Positions 8,812-16,227 of a stretch of DNA of 64,000 bases are shown here, piece after piece. A program made the position numbers and the translations under genes. The notes under the pieces are model-generated. The model did not search any database. It was not told where the DNA came from and worked only from the letters and a program-made list of their open reading frames with translations. Each line of letters opens with the position of its first letter. The stretch's first letter is position 1. Origin of the DNA: Dehalococcoidia bacterium (GTDB lineage: Bacteria > Chloroflexota > Dehalococcoidia > Lucifugimonadales > UBA3495); the NCBI GenBank assembly GCA_965243255.1, contig CBDEUH010000004.1, forward strand, positions 1,790,979 through 1,854,978, given 5' to 3'.

Positions 8812-9054
8812 ATGTTTGAGACGCCAACGACTATTGACAACGTAGGGAAACGTGGCCAAGCCGTGTACGACGAAAACATACGGCATTTGGTGGAGTCGGA
8901 GCATCACGGCCGGTTCATAGCGGTGGAGCCGGACAGCGGCGACTATGTGATTCGAGACCGAATTGTGGACGCCCAGCTTGACATGCAGGCCAAACGACCC
9001 AACACGTATTCGCACATCATTCGCATTGGCCACAAGGCCGCCATCATCAGGTGA
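8812..9054 (+). CDS. Small conserved partner protein of retropepsin-like protease (function unknown)
   Basis: 80-aa ORF starting 3 nt after the first copy of a 61-bp repeat. The …HGRFIAVEPDSGDYVI…IIRIGHKAA pattern is recalled from small genes found upstream of clan-AA proteases. Overlaps the next ORF by 4 nt. Confidence 0.55.
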   Translation: MFETPTTIDNVGKRGQAVYDENIRHLVESEHHGRFIAVEPDSGDYVIRDRIVDAQLDMQAKRPNTYSHIIRIGHKAAIIR

Positions 9055-9437
9055 GGGCTGTGGTTAGCGGAAGCATCAATCGGGCGGGACAGGCGATGTT
9101 GCCGCTAGCCGTGCAGGGTGTAGCGCGGCAACGATTCATCACGTTCAACTTCAACGTGGATACGGGATTCAACGGCGACTTGCAGTTGGCCGTTGCAGAC
9201 ATTGGCAGGCTGGAGTTGACTCCGGCAGGAATTGCCAATTCGCAATTGGCTGACGGGCAAATTGTTGAAGATAGAACGTACCCGGCGACAGTTCTGTGGT
9301 TGGGAACTCCTACGGCAGTGAACGTGATTGAGTCTGCAAATAACATCTCGCTAATTGGGACGGGGTTGCTTTGGGGGAGCGTGATGACTGTGGAGTGGGA
9401 GTTTGGCGGCAGCGTGACGGTTGAGCCGATTGCCTGA
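9051..9437 (+). CDS. Clan AA (retropepsin-like) aspartic protease
   Basis: 128 aa with catalytic VDTGFNGDL (D-T-G) and a downstream …LIGTGLL flap/dimer motif. Lower GC than neighbours. Confidence 0.7.
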   Translation: MRAVVSGSINRAGQAMLPLAVQGVARQRFITFNFNVDTGFNGDLQLAVADIGRLELTPAGIANSQLADGQIVEDRTYPATVLWLGTPTAVNVIESANNISLIGTGLLWGSVMTVEWEFGGSVTVEPIA

Positions 9438-9446
9438 ACCGGGATT

Positions 9447-9507
9447 GGGGGCGGCGGTTCCGCAGGGCGGGTATTGAGGTTAGGGCGGCTGGGATGCGAG
9501 GTGGGCG
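9447..9507 (+). repeat. 61-bp direct repeat, copy 2
   Basis: Contains the functional vapC 3' end (stop 9480-9482, minus strand) and a copy of the ccmE tail. Confidence 0.9.
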
Positions 9508-9923
9508 GCGTTTAGCGGGTCCAATCTTTGGAGCCAGGGAATGCGGTCGAGGTTCTGGTCGGCGGAGACGATGCGGTCGGTGCCGACGCGCTGCATGACG
9601 GCGGCGTGGAAGCAGTCCCGGGCGCTGACGCCGGCTTGCTGACCGACCATTTCGGCGGCGCGGAGGGCATCCTCCGGGTGGACGGATTCGATGCGCCCGC
9701 TCATCACGGCGGCGAAGCGGTGGAGCACCTGGTAGCCAAGCTGCCAACGATTGCGGGCACTGTAGTAGTGGATGAGTTCCTGCAAGACCTCGGCGCTGGT
9801 GAGGAAGCTTTCCGGGCGCTGGGCCGCCAGTCGCAGTATCCGCAGCGCGGGGTCTTTGAGAGGGTGGGCGGTTCCGGCAGCATAGATGGGAATGTTGGCA
9901 TCAACGAAGTAGGGGCGGTTCAT
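9480..9923 (-). CDS. vapC: PIN-domain toxin VapC
   Basis: 147 aa with N-terminal FVDANIPIY acidic motif, …SAEVLQEL…, …ARDCFHAAVM… and …IVSADQNLDR, typical of the PIN fold. Overlaps the upstream antitoxin gene by 23 nt. Confidence 0.8.
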   Translation of the reverse strand: MNRPYFVDANIPIYAAGTAHPLKDPALRILRLAAQRPESFLTSAEVLQELIHYYSARNRWQLGYQVLHRFAAVMSGRIESVHPEDALRAAEMVGQQAGVSARDCFHAAVMQRVGTDRIVSADQNLDRIPWLQRLDPLNAAHLASQPP

Positions 9924-10152
9924 GGGCAGCCTCGAGGACTTCGCGGAGTTGCATCGGGTCCTCCGGCACTTCCAGGGACATGGCAGCCAGGTCCCCGACG
10001 GCCTGCAGCCTCTGCCGGCTGACGGCGTCGCGGTGGGCGTTTTCGATCAGAGTGCGGATTACCGCGGAGGCGGACATTCCACGGGAGGCGGCCAGCTGGC
10101 TCAGCTGTTCGCGGAGCTTGTCGTCCAGCCTGACCTCGAACCTGGTAGCCAT
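9901..10152 (-). CDS. vapB: Ribbon-helix-helix (CopG-like) antitoxin VapB
   Basis: 83 aa with N-terminal beta-strand plus helices (RFEVRLDDKLREQLSQLAASRGMSASAVIRTLIE), directly upstream of vapC. Confidence 0.7.
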   Translation of the reverse strand: MATRFEVRLDDKLREQLSQLAASRGMSASAVIRTLIENAHRDAVSRQRLQAVGDLAAMSLEVPEDPMQLREVLEAAHEPPLLR

Positions 10153-10223
10153 CTCTTTACCCCTTCAACATACGTACAAATTGATACGGGTATAATGATA
10201 CGGCATTGGTGAGAAACAGGAAA

Positions 10224-10246
10224 GCCCCCGGCGCGGCGGCGGGGGC
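10224..10246 (-). terminator. Hairpin + T-rich tract after korB
   Basis: gcccccg…cgggggc, followed on the minus strand by tttcctgtttctc. Confidence 0.5.
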
Positions 10247-10273
10247 CTGGGTTGCGGTGGTTTGGGTTGGGGG

Positions 10274-11140
10274 TTAGAAGGTGTAGGCGTCCATGAGCTG
10301 TTCGACGGTGCGCTCGCGGGCCTTGCCGCGGATGATGCCCATGTTGGCGTCTAGGGACTGGCGGGTCTCATCCTTGTAGATGATGCCGACGGGGAGGCCG
10401 CCGCGCTGGACCAGTTCCTGGGCCGCCTGCTTGCTGCTGGCGTCGTGGTCGTCGGGGATGTCCCACAGCGCGGGGGCGATGCCTTCCTTGGGGTTGCCCT
10501 TGATGAGCTGGTAGGTGTCGTTGTAGGTAACGCAGGGGGACTGGACGTGAATCATGGACATGCCGTCGTGGTTCATGCCTTCGTTGATGAGCTGGGCGAG
10601 CACGCGGGGCTGTCCGGAGAAGCCGGAGGCGATGAAGGAGACGCCCAGGGTGAGGTAGAGTTCCAGGGGGTCGAGGTCTTCTTCGATTTTGCCGAAGGGG
10701 GTGCTGCTGGTGATGGCGCCCATTTCGGTGGTAGGCGAGCTTTGGCCCTTGGTGAGGCCGTACACGCCGTTGTCCATGATGACGGCGGTGATGTTGAGGT
10801 TGCGGGCAGCCTGGGGGGCGATGTGCTCGCCGCCGATGCTGAGGAAGTCGCCATCGCCGGCGACGACCACGACGTTGAGCTCGGGACGGGCCATCTTGAC
10901 GCCGAGGGCGACGGGGAGGGTGCGTCCGTGGATGCCGTGGATGCCGTAGGGCTGCTGGCCTTCGAGGAGGTGAACGAGGTTGCCGCTGCAGCCGATTCCG
11001 GCGACGACGACGTTGTTCTCGATGGGCAGGCCGGTTTCTTCCAGCCGGTTAATCATGGCGAATTCCAGGGCGCGACGCACGCCGAAGTCGCCGCAGCCGG
11101 GGCACCACTTGAAGTCGTATTCGGGGTTCTTCTTGCTCAT
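10274..11140 (-). CDS. korB: 2-oxoacid:ferredoxin oxidoreductase, beta (TPP-binding) subunit
   Basis: 288 aa with N-terminal WCPGCGDFG Cys motif and TPP motif GDGD…; 4-nt overlap with the alpha subunit. Confidence 0.9.
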   Translation of the reverse strand: MSKKNPEYDFKWCPGCGDFGVRRALEFAMINRLEETGLPIENNVVVAGIGCSGNLVHLLEGQQPYGIHGIHGRTLPVALGVKMARPELNVVVVAGDGDFLSIGGEHIAPQAARNLNITAVIMDNGVYGLTKGQSSPTTEMGAITSSTPFGKIEEDLDPLELYLTLGVSFIASGFSGQPRVLAQLINEGMNHDGMSMIHVQSPCVTYNDTYQLIKGNPKEGIAPALWDIPDDHDASSKQAAQELVQRGGLPVGIIYKDETRQSLDANMGIIRGKARERTVEQLMDAYTF

Positions 11141-12846
11141 ACCCGCGCTGCCTCCGTGTGCTCAGACACAATATTTTTGACTTTGGACACCAGATCGCTG
11201 ACCTTGAAGGGCAGGCCGGTGTATTGGGTGATTGCCTGGGCCCTGACGCCTTCGGAGCGCAGGATGCCGGCCCATTGGCCCTGGTAGTTGAGTTCCGGCA
11301 CGATGACCAGATCCTTGCTGCGCAGTTCCTCCAGCAGGCGTGGGGGCAGCGGGTGGAGGAACATGGTGAAGTACCAGCCGACATCGACGCCCTGCTCGCG
11401 CAGTTCGTCGAAGGCTTCCCGGGCCGGGCCCTTGGAGCCGCCCCAGGACATGATGGCGATGCTGGCGGCGTTGTTTTCGGCTTCGTAGTTGTCCTCTTCC
11501 AGGAGCTTGAGCTTGCTGAAACGGCGCTCGGTCATCTGGATGTGGCGGCTGGGCAGGTGGGTGGTATCGCCCATTTCGTCGTGCTCGCTGCCGTTGGCGA
11601 CGTAGGCGCCGGGGCCGCCGGGCAAGGGCATGGGAGACAACTCGTGGCCGGAATAGCGGTGGTAGCCGTTGCTGCCTTCGTAGGTGAGACGTTCCTCCAC
11701 CGGGATTTTGTTCAGGTCGGGCCGGGGGATGTTCTGGACGCGTTCGGCCATGGACATTTCGCTCATGAGGATGACGGGCCCCTGGTAGCGTTCGGCCCAG
11801 TTGATGGCGTGGGCCGCCGCGACGAAACATTCTTCCACGGAACCGGGGGCGATGATGGGCATTCGGACGTCGCCGTGGGCGGGATACATACAGCCCATGA
11901 GGTCGGACTGCTCGGTCTTGGTGGGCAGGCCGGTGGCGGGGCCGCCGCGCTGGACATCGACGACGACGAGGGGGATTTCGGCCATCCAGGCCAGGCCGAG
12001 GCCCTCGCTCATGAGGGAGATACCGGGGCCGGCGGTGGCGGTCATGGATTTCTTGCCAGCGTAGCCGGCGCCGAGGATGGCGGTGATGGCCTCGATTTCG
12101 GAGGAAACCTGATAGGCGAACTTGTCCTCACCGACCAGGTTGCGCTCCATCCAGAGGAGGATGGTGGTGGCGGGCGAGATGGGATAGCCGGCGTAGAAGC
12201 GGAGGCCGGCGTGGGTGGCGCCGAGGGCGATGGCCTCGTTGCCCTTGAGCATCATCTGCTGGTAATCGGGCGGGTTGGGAGGGGCGAGGTCGCCGAGGAC
12301 AAAGCCGCTTTCGGCGGCGTTCTGCCGTCCCAGCCGCATGGCTTCGATGTTGGATGAGATGATTTCGTCGTCGTTGTCGCGGCCGCGGCGGAAGCGGGCT
12401 TCGACGAAGTCTTCCAGGTACTGCTGGGGCATATGGACGAGTTGGGCGAGGGCGCCGATGACGACCATGTTAGCGGCCCGGTTATTGCCGGTGGAGCGGG
12501 CCAGGGTATCGATGGCGAGGCCGAAGGACCGGGGGTCGGTCATGGTGAAGTCGTCGGCGTTATAAATAATAACCCCGCCGTCGCGCACTTCTTCGGCGTG
12601 GGTTTCGTAGGCTTCTTCGTTGAAAGCGACCAGTACATCCACCTGGTCGCCGGAGCTCAGTACGGGCTCGGTGCGGATGCGGGCCTGGGTCCAAGTGGGG
12701 CCGCCGAGGATCTGTGAGGGGAAGGTGGCGTAGGTGAGGGCGTGGTAGCCGACCTGGGTGGAAGCCTGGGCCAGACCTTCCGCCGAGGTAACGACGCCCT
12801 GGCCACCTTCACCGGCGAACCGGACGACGAAGTCGTTCATTTGCAT
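11137..12846 (-). CDS. korA: 2-oxoacid:ferredoxin oxidoreductase, alpha subunit
   Basis: Start set at ATG 12844-12846 (MQMNDFVVRFAGEGGQGVV…) with GGAGGAA RBS upstream. Fused gamma-like and alpha domains typical of KorA. Confidence 0.9.
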   Translation of the reverse strand: MQMNDFVVRFAGEGGQGVVTSAEGLAQASTQVGYHALTYATFPSQILGGPTWTQARIRTEPVLSSGDQVDVLVAFNEEAYETHAEEVRDGGVIIYNADDFTMTDPRSFGLAIDTLARSTGNNRAANMVVIGALAQLVHMPQQYLEDFVEARFRRGRDNDDEIISSNIEAMRLGRQNAAESGFVLGDLAPPNPPDYQQMMLKGNEAIALGATHAGLRFYAGYPISPATTILLWMERNLVGEDKFAYQVSSEIEAITAILGAGYAGKKSMTATAGPGISLMSEGLGLAWMAEIPLVVVDVQRGGPATGLPTKTEQSDLMGCMYPAHGDVRMPIIAPGSVEECFVAAAHAINWAERYQGPVILMSEMSMAERVQNIPRPDLNKIPVEERLTYEGSNGYHRYSGHELSPMPLPGGPGAYVANGSEHDEMGDTTHLPSRHIQMTERRFSKLKLLEEDNYEAENNAASIAIMSWGGSKGPAREAFDELREQGVDVGWYFTMFLHPLPPRLLEELRSKDLVIVPELNYQGQWAGILRSEGVRAQAITQYTGLPFKVSDLVSKVKNIVSEHTEAARV

Positions 12847-13011
12847 CTGAGGGTTCCTCCGAACCGGCATATCAGCATCCGGCAGGCTGCTCTGGAGCGA
12901 ACCTCCGGGCCGTTTGGAATGGCGATTCAAGCACGATTGTGCGAGGGTGTTTAGCAGGGGGAATATAGCATTGCGGCCCCGAAGTTGTCAATTTATAACT
13001 GTGCCAAAGGT

Positions 13012-13020
13012 TGCTATAAT
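13012..13020 (+). promoter_or_regulatory. Extended -10 box TGCTATAAT, 8 nt upstream of the GT2 ATG (leaderless or near-leaderless mRNA)
   Basis: tgctataat-cggctgcc-ATG, with no Shine-Dalgarno sequence in between. Confidence 0.35.
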
Positions 13021-13028
13021 CGGCTGCC

Positions 13029-13793
13029 ATGCCGATTACCCTGGACGTTGTTATACCCTGCCTGAACGAGGAGCGGGCGCTGCCGGCGTGCATCAGACGG
13101 CTGCACGGATTCATGTCGGAGGCGATGGCGGCCTATGACTGGTCGATCACGGTGGCGGACAACGGATCGACGGACGGGACGCTGGAGGCGGCGGGGGCGA
13201 TGGCGGCGGAGTTTCGGGAAGTGGGGTGCATTCGGCTGGAGCAGCGGGGCCGGGGCCGGGCGTTGCGGCGGGCGTGGACGGAGAGCCGGGCGGACGTGGT
13301 GGCCTACATGGACGTTGACCTGTCCACGGATTTGGAGCACCTGCCGGCGCTGGTAGCGGCGGTGGCCGAGGAGGGCTATGACATCGCCACGGGTTCGCGG
13401 CTGCTGGGGGACTCGGAGGTGGTGGGACGGACGTTGAAGCGGGAGATAACGTCGCGGGGGTACAGCCTGCTGTTCCGGGGGATGTTCTTCACGTCGTTCC
13501 GGGACGCGCAATGCGGGTTCAAGGCGGCGGGCCGGCGGGCGGCGGACGAGCTGGCGCCGCTGGTGGAGGACAACGGTTGGTTCTTCGACTCGGAGTTGCT
13601 GATCCTGGCGGAGAAGTGCGGGTATCGCATCCGGGAGCTGCCGGTGCACTGGGAGGACGACCCGGACAGCCGGGTGCGCATCCTGCGGACGGCGTGGGAG
13701 GACGTGAAGGGGTTGCTGCGCCTGAAATTCGGCGGAGTGGGGCGAGCCCGGCGGGAGCTGGGCAATCGTGGGAACCGAGGTTTGCCGGGTTAG
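13029..13793 (+). CDS. Family-2 glycosyltransferase (dolichyl/polyprenyl-phosphate sugar synthase-like)
   Basis: 254 aa with VVIPCLNEE…, DNGSTDGT, YMDVDLSTD (DxD) and …GFKA…, typical of GT2. Confidence 0.85.
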   Translation: MPITLDVVIPCLNEERALPACIRRLHGFMSEAMAAYDWSITVADNGSTDGTLEAAGAMAAEFREVGCIRLEQRGRGRALRRAWTESRADVVAYMDVDLSTDLEHLPALVAAVAEEGYDIATGSRLLGDSEVVGRTLKREITSRGYSLLFRGMFFTSFRDAQCGFKAAGRRAADELAPLVEDNGWFFDSELLILAEKCGYRIRELPVHWEDDPDSRVRILRTAWEDVKGLLRLKFGGVGRARRELGNRGNRGLPG

Positions 13794-13829
13794 TGGACTG
13801 GCAGGATTTGGGGTCGGCCGGGCAGAGGG

Positions 13830-14690
13830 TCAGGGGCCGCGGATGCGTTTGAGGGCCTGGGCGGCGTTGAGGCGGTTGAGGTGTTGCCAGTTGGGGGAAA
13901 TCCAGTGGATCCGGTTGATGTCGATGGGGACTTCCGGGTGCTCCACGTTCCAGCGCTCCACGTACTTGGTGTAGCGGGCGAAGTAGTCTGCCATCACGTC
14001 GGCTTGGGCTGCGCCGATGACGAATTGGCCTCCGGGGGCTTCCTGGGCCATTTCCACACGCTGCTCGTCATCCAGGAGGTTGCCCTTGCAGTCGTGGAGT
14101 CGGTCTTCGCAGACGCAGGGGTAGGGGCGGATATTCGCGTAGTACGTCGAGCTGTGGCGGGCGAATTCCTGGTCTTCGGCCTGGCGGCGCCTGGCCTCCC
14201 GCTCCGCCGGGTCCAGGTCCAGGTCGAAGTCGTCGTCTGGGGTCTCTTCCGGTTCGGGGACGTAGTCGAAGCCCCGCTGCAGCAGCTCTTTGGCCGCGGA
14301 CAGCCGGTGGCAGGGTTTGAAGTCGGCGAACTCGCCCTGCATGGCGTCGATGAGGAAGCGGACGGCGACCCGGCCATCGTCGGTTTCCTCCCGGACGATG
14401 CGGGCCAGCTGGGCGCGTACATCGTTGGCCGCGTCCTGGGCTTCCCCCGCCTCCGCCCCTGGATTCCCGCCGGCGCGGGAATGACGGGATGCGGCGCGTT
14501 GGTCGGCCCGGGCCCGGTCAACGACGGCCTGGGCCTGGTCAAAGCCGAGTTTGACCAGGAGGCGGGCGGCATCGATGCGGTGGCAGGGGAGGAAGTCCGG
14601 GAGTTGGCCCTCCATGGCGGACAGCAGGAAGCGGACGATGCGGCGACCGTCCTGGGTTTCCTGGGCGATGACGTGGGCCAATGCGGACAT
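13830..14690 (-). CDS. Hypothetical protein with two tandem ~50-aa repeats and a Cys-containing C-terminal domain
   Basis: ATG 14688-14690 selected inside the 624-aa ORF; upstream of it the translation is Arg/Pro/His-rich shadow. Repeats are …QETQDGRRIVRFLLSAMEGQLPDFLPCHRIDAARLLVKLGFD and …REETDDGRVAVRFLIDAMQGEFADFKPCHRLSAAKELLQRGFD. Confidence 0.55.
   Translation of the reverse strand: MSALAHVIAQETQDGRRIVRFLLSAMEGQLPDFLPCHRIDAARLLVKLGFDQAQAVVDRARADQRAASRHSRAGGNPGAEAGEAQDAANDVRAQLARIVREETDDGRVAVRFLIDAMQGEFADFKPCHRLSAAKELLQRGFDYVPEPEETPDDDFDLDLDPAEREARRRQAEDQEFARHSSTYYANIRPYPCVCEDRLHDCKGNLLDDEQRVEMAQEAPGGQFVIGAAQADVMADYFARYTKYVERWNVEHPEVPIDINRIHWISPNWQHLNRLNAAQALKRIRGP
14461..14488 (+). repeat. 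REP-like element, family A, inside a CDS
   Basis: ggattcccgccggcgcgggaatgacggg. Lies in-frame within CDS 13830-14690, where it encodes …SRHSRAGGNPG… on the minus strand. Confidence 0.8.
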
Positions 14691-14823
14691 ATATTCTATT
14701 TTAGGATGGGTGACGGCGGGTGTCAACGGGGAGGTGTCATTGTCAGAATCAGGATTTTCGGGATTTGGGGATTGGCAGGATTGGGGGTGGGAGCATGGGA
14801 TGATGGCCACCCAGCTCCTGGAT

Positions 14824-14848
14824 GCCGGATCAAGTCCGGCATGACGGG
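14824..14848 (+). repeat. REP-like element, family A variant
   Basis: gccggatcaagtccggcatgacggg has the same ATGACGGG tail with a different 6-bp stem. Confidence 0.6.
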
Positions 14849-14963
14849 TGTGGGTGGGTGGGTTTGCGTTGACCGATTGGCGATGGTGGGTTAGATTCAG
14901 GGCTGGCACGGGGAGGCAGAGCGTTATCCCGTGCGAGTTGCCGAAGGATGGAGGACGATCGCT

Positions 14964-15734
14964 ATGCCGTTTTACGAAAGAGGCGCGACCCGCATTTATT
15001 ACGAAGAGGTGGGATCGGGGTTTCCGCTGCTGATCATTCCGGGCGGAGGGCTGGTGAATTCCACGGTGGAGGGGCTGAGAACCTCGCATCCGTTCAATCC
15101 GCTGGAGACGTATGGGGGCGACTTCCGCTGCATTGCGTCGGACCTGCGGAACGCACCGAACGGGCAATCGACCGGGCCGCTGGAGATTGACCGGCCCTGG
15201 GACGCGTTCACCGACGATCAGATCGGGCTGATGGACCACCTGGGCATCGACAAGTTCGGGGTGATTGGCTTCTGCATCGCCGGGCCGATGATACTGAACC
15301 TGCTGAGCCGGGCCGGTGGGCGAGTGGTGGCGGCGGCGCTGATGCAGCCCAGCGGGTACCGTCCGGAGCTGCCGGATCTGTTCTATCAGAACAACATCAC
15401 GGGCTGGGGGCCGCCGCTGTGCGAGCAGAGGTCGGACATCACCATGGAGATGGTGCACGACTTTTTGACGAACATGTACGTGAAGCGGGCGGATTTCGTG
15501 TTCACGGTGTCGCGGGAGTTCGTGAGCGGGCTGCAGACGCCGCTGCTGATCGCGCCCGACGACGTGCCGGCGCATCCGTACGCGCGGGCGATGGAGGTAG
15601 CCAACCTGGCGCCGAACTCGGAGGTAACCATCTATCCGTGGAAGGACACGCCGGAGCACACCGCCGAGGTGGTGGCGCACGGGCGTCGGTTCCTGAAGGC
15701 GCATACGCCGGCGGCGGTGGGGGCGGCGGACTGA
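14964..15734 (+). CDS. Alpha/beta-fold hydrolase
   Basis: ATG 14964 with AAGGATGGAGGA RBS upstream. MPFYERGATRIYYEEVGSGFPLLIIPGGG…, nucleophile-elbow-like GFCIAG. Confidence 0.75.
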   Translation: MPFYERGATRIYYEEVGSGFPLLIIPGGGLVNSTVEGLRTSHPFNPLETYGGDFRCIASDLRNAPNGQSTGPLEIDRPWDAFTDDQIGLMDHLGIDKFGVIGFCIAGPMILNLLSRAGGRVVAAALMQPSGYRPELPDLFYQNNITGWGPPLCEQRSDITMEMVHDFLTNMYVKRADFVFTVSREFVSGLQTPLLIAPDDVPAHPYARAMEVANLAPNSEVTIYPWKDTPEHTAEVVAHGRRFLKAHTPAAVGAAD

Positions 15735-15789
15735 CGGGGGGTTATCGAGGCGCTTGCGGGCATCGGCGTGGGATGTGTATCATAGGTGT

Positions 15790-15993
15790 ATGGCACGCAC
15801 CAACGTTGATATAGACGACCAGGCTTGCGCCGAGGTAATGCGGCGTTATCGGCTCCCTACGAAGCGGGAGGCCATCAACTTCGCTCTGCGAACGCTGGCG
15901 GCCGAACCCGCTTCGGTGGATGAGGCGCGTTCGATGCGGGGCATCGGATGGGAGGGCGACCTGGACGGGATGCGCGCGACTCGCGCACCGTGA
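15790..15993 (+). CDS. vapB: VapB-family type II antitoxin
   Basis: MARTNVDIDDQACAEVMRRYRLPTKREAINFALRTLA… is the typical VapB (MT-type) N-terminus. Its stop overlaps the GTG of the downstream vapC remnant (GTGA). Confidence 0.75.
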   Translation: MARTNVDIDDQACAEVMRRYRLPTKREAINFALRTLAAEPASVDEARSMRGIGWEGDLDGMRATRAP

Positions 15994-16165
15994 TACTGAT
16001 CGACACCTCGGCCTGGGTGGAATTTCGGAAGGGGAGACGGTACGGAAGTTGATGGACTGTCTCATCGGGGCGATAGCGATCCGGGCCGGGGTTCCCATCC
16101 TGCACAACGACGGGGATTACGACGTGCTGGCGCGCCACACCGAATTGCGAGTTTACGGGCGCTAG
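15990..16165 (+). pseudogene. vapC: vapC (PIN toxin) remnant with internal out-of-frame deletion
   Basis: Frame 0 reads VILIDTSAWVEFRKGRRYGS-stop (16050-16052). Frame 2 continues …GETVRKLMDCLIGAIAIRAGVPILHNDGDYDVLARHTELRV. These are the N- and C-terminal PIN segments; the ~70-80 central codons are missing. Confidence 0.7.
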
Positions 16166-16227
16166 GGTTGTGGCCGCAGATCTGAAGGGTGTGCCGGCGG
16201 CGGTGGGGGCGGCGGACTGACGGGGGG

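Noticed and set aside
14691-15704. N-terminal 338 codons of the 624-aa ORF 13830..15704
   Set aside because: This part is antisense to the alpha/beta hydrolase gene and is Arg/His/Pro-rich. The protein-like sequence begins only at Met 14690.
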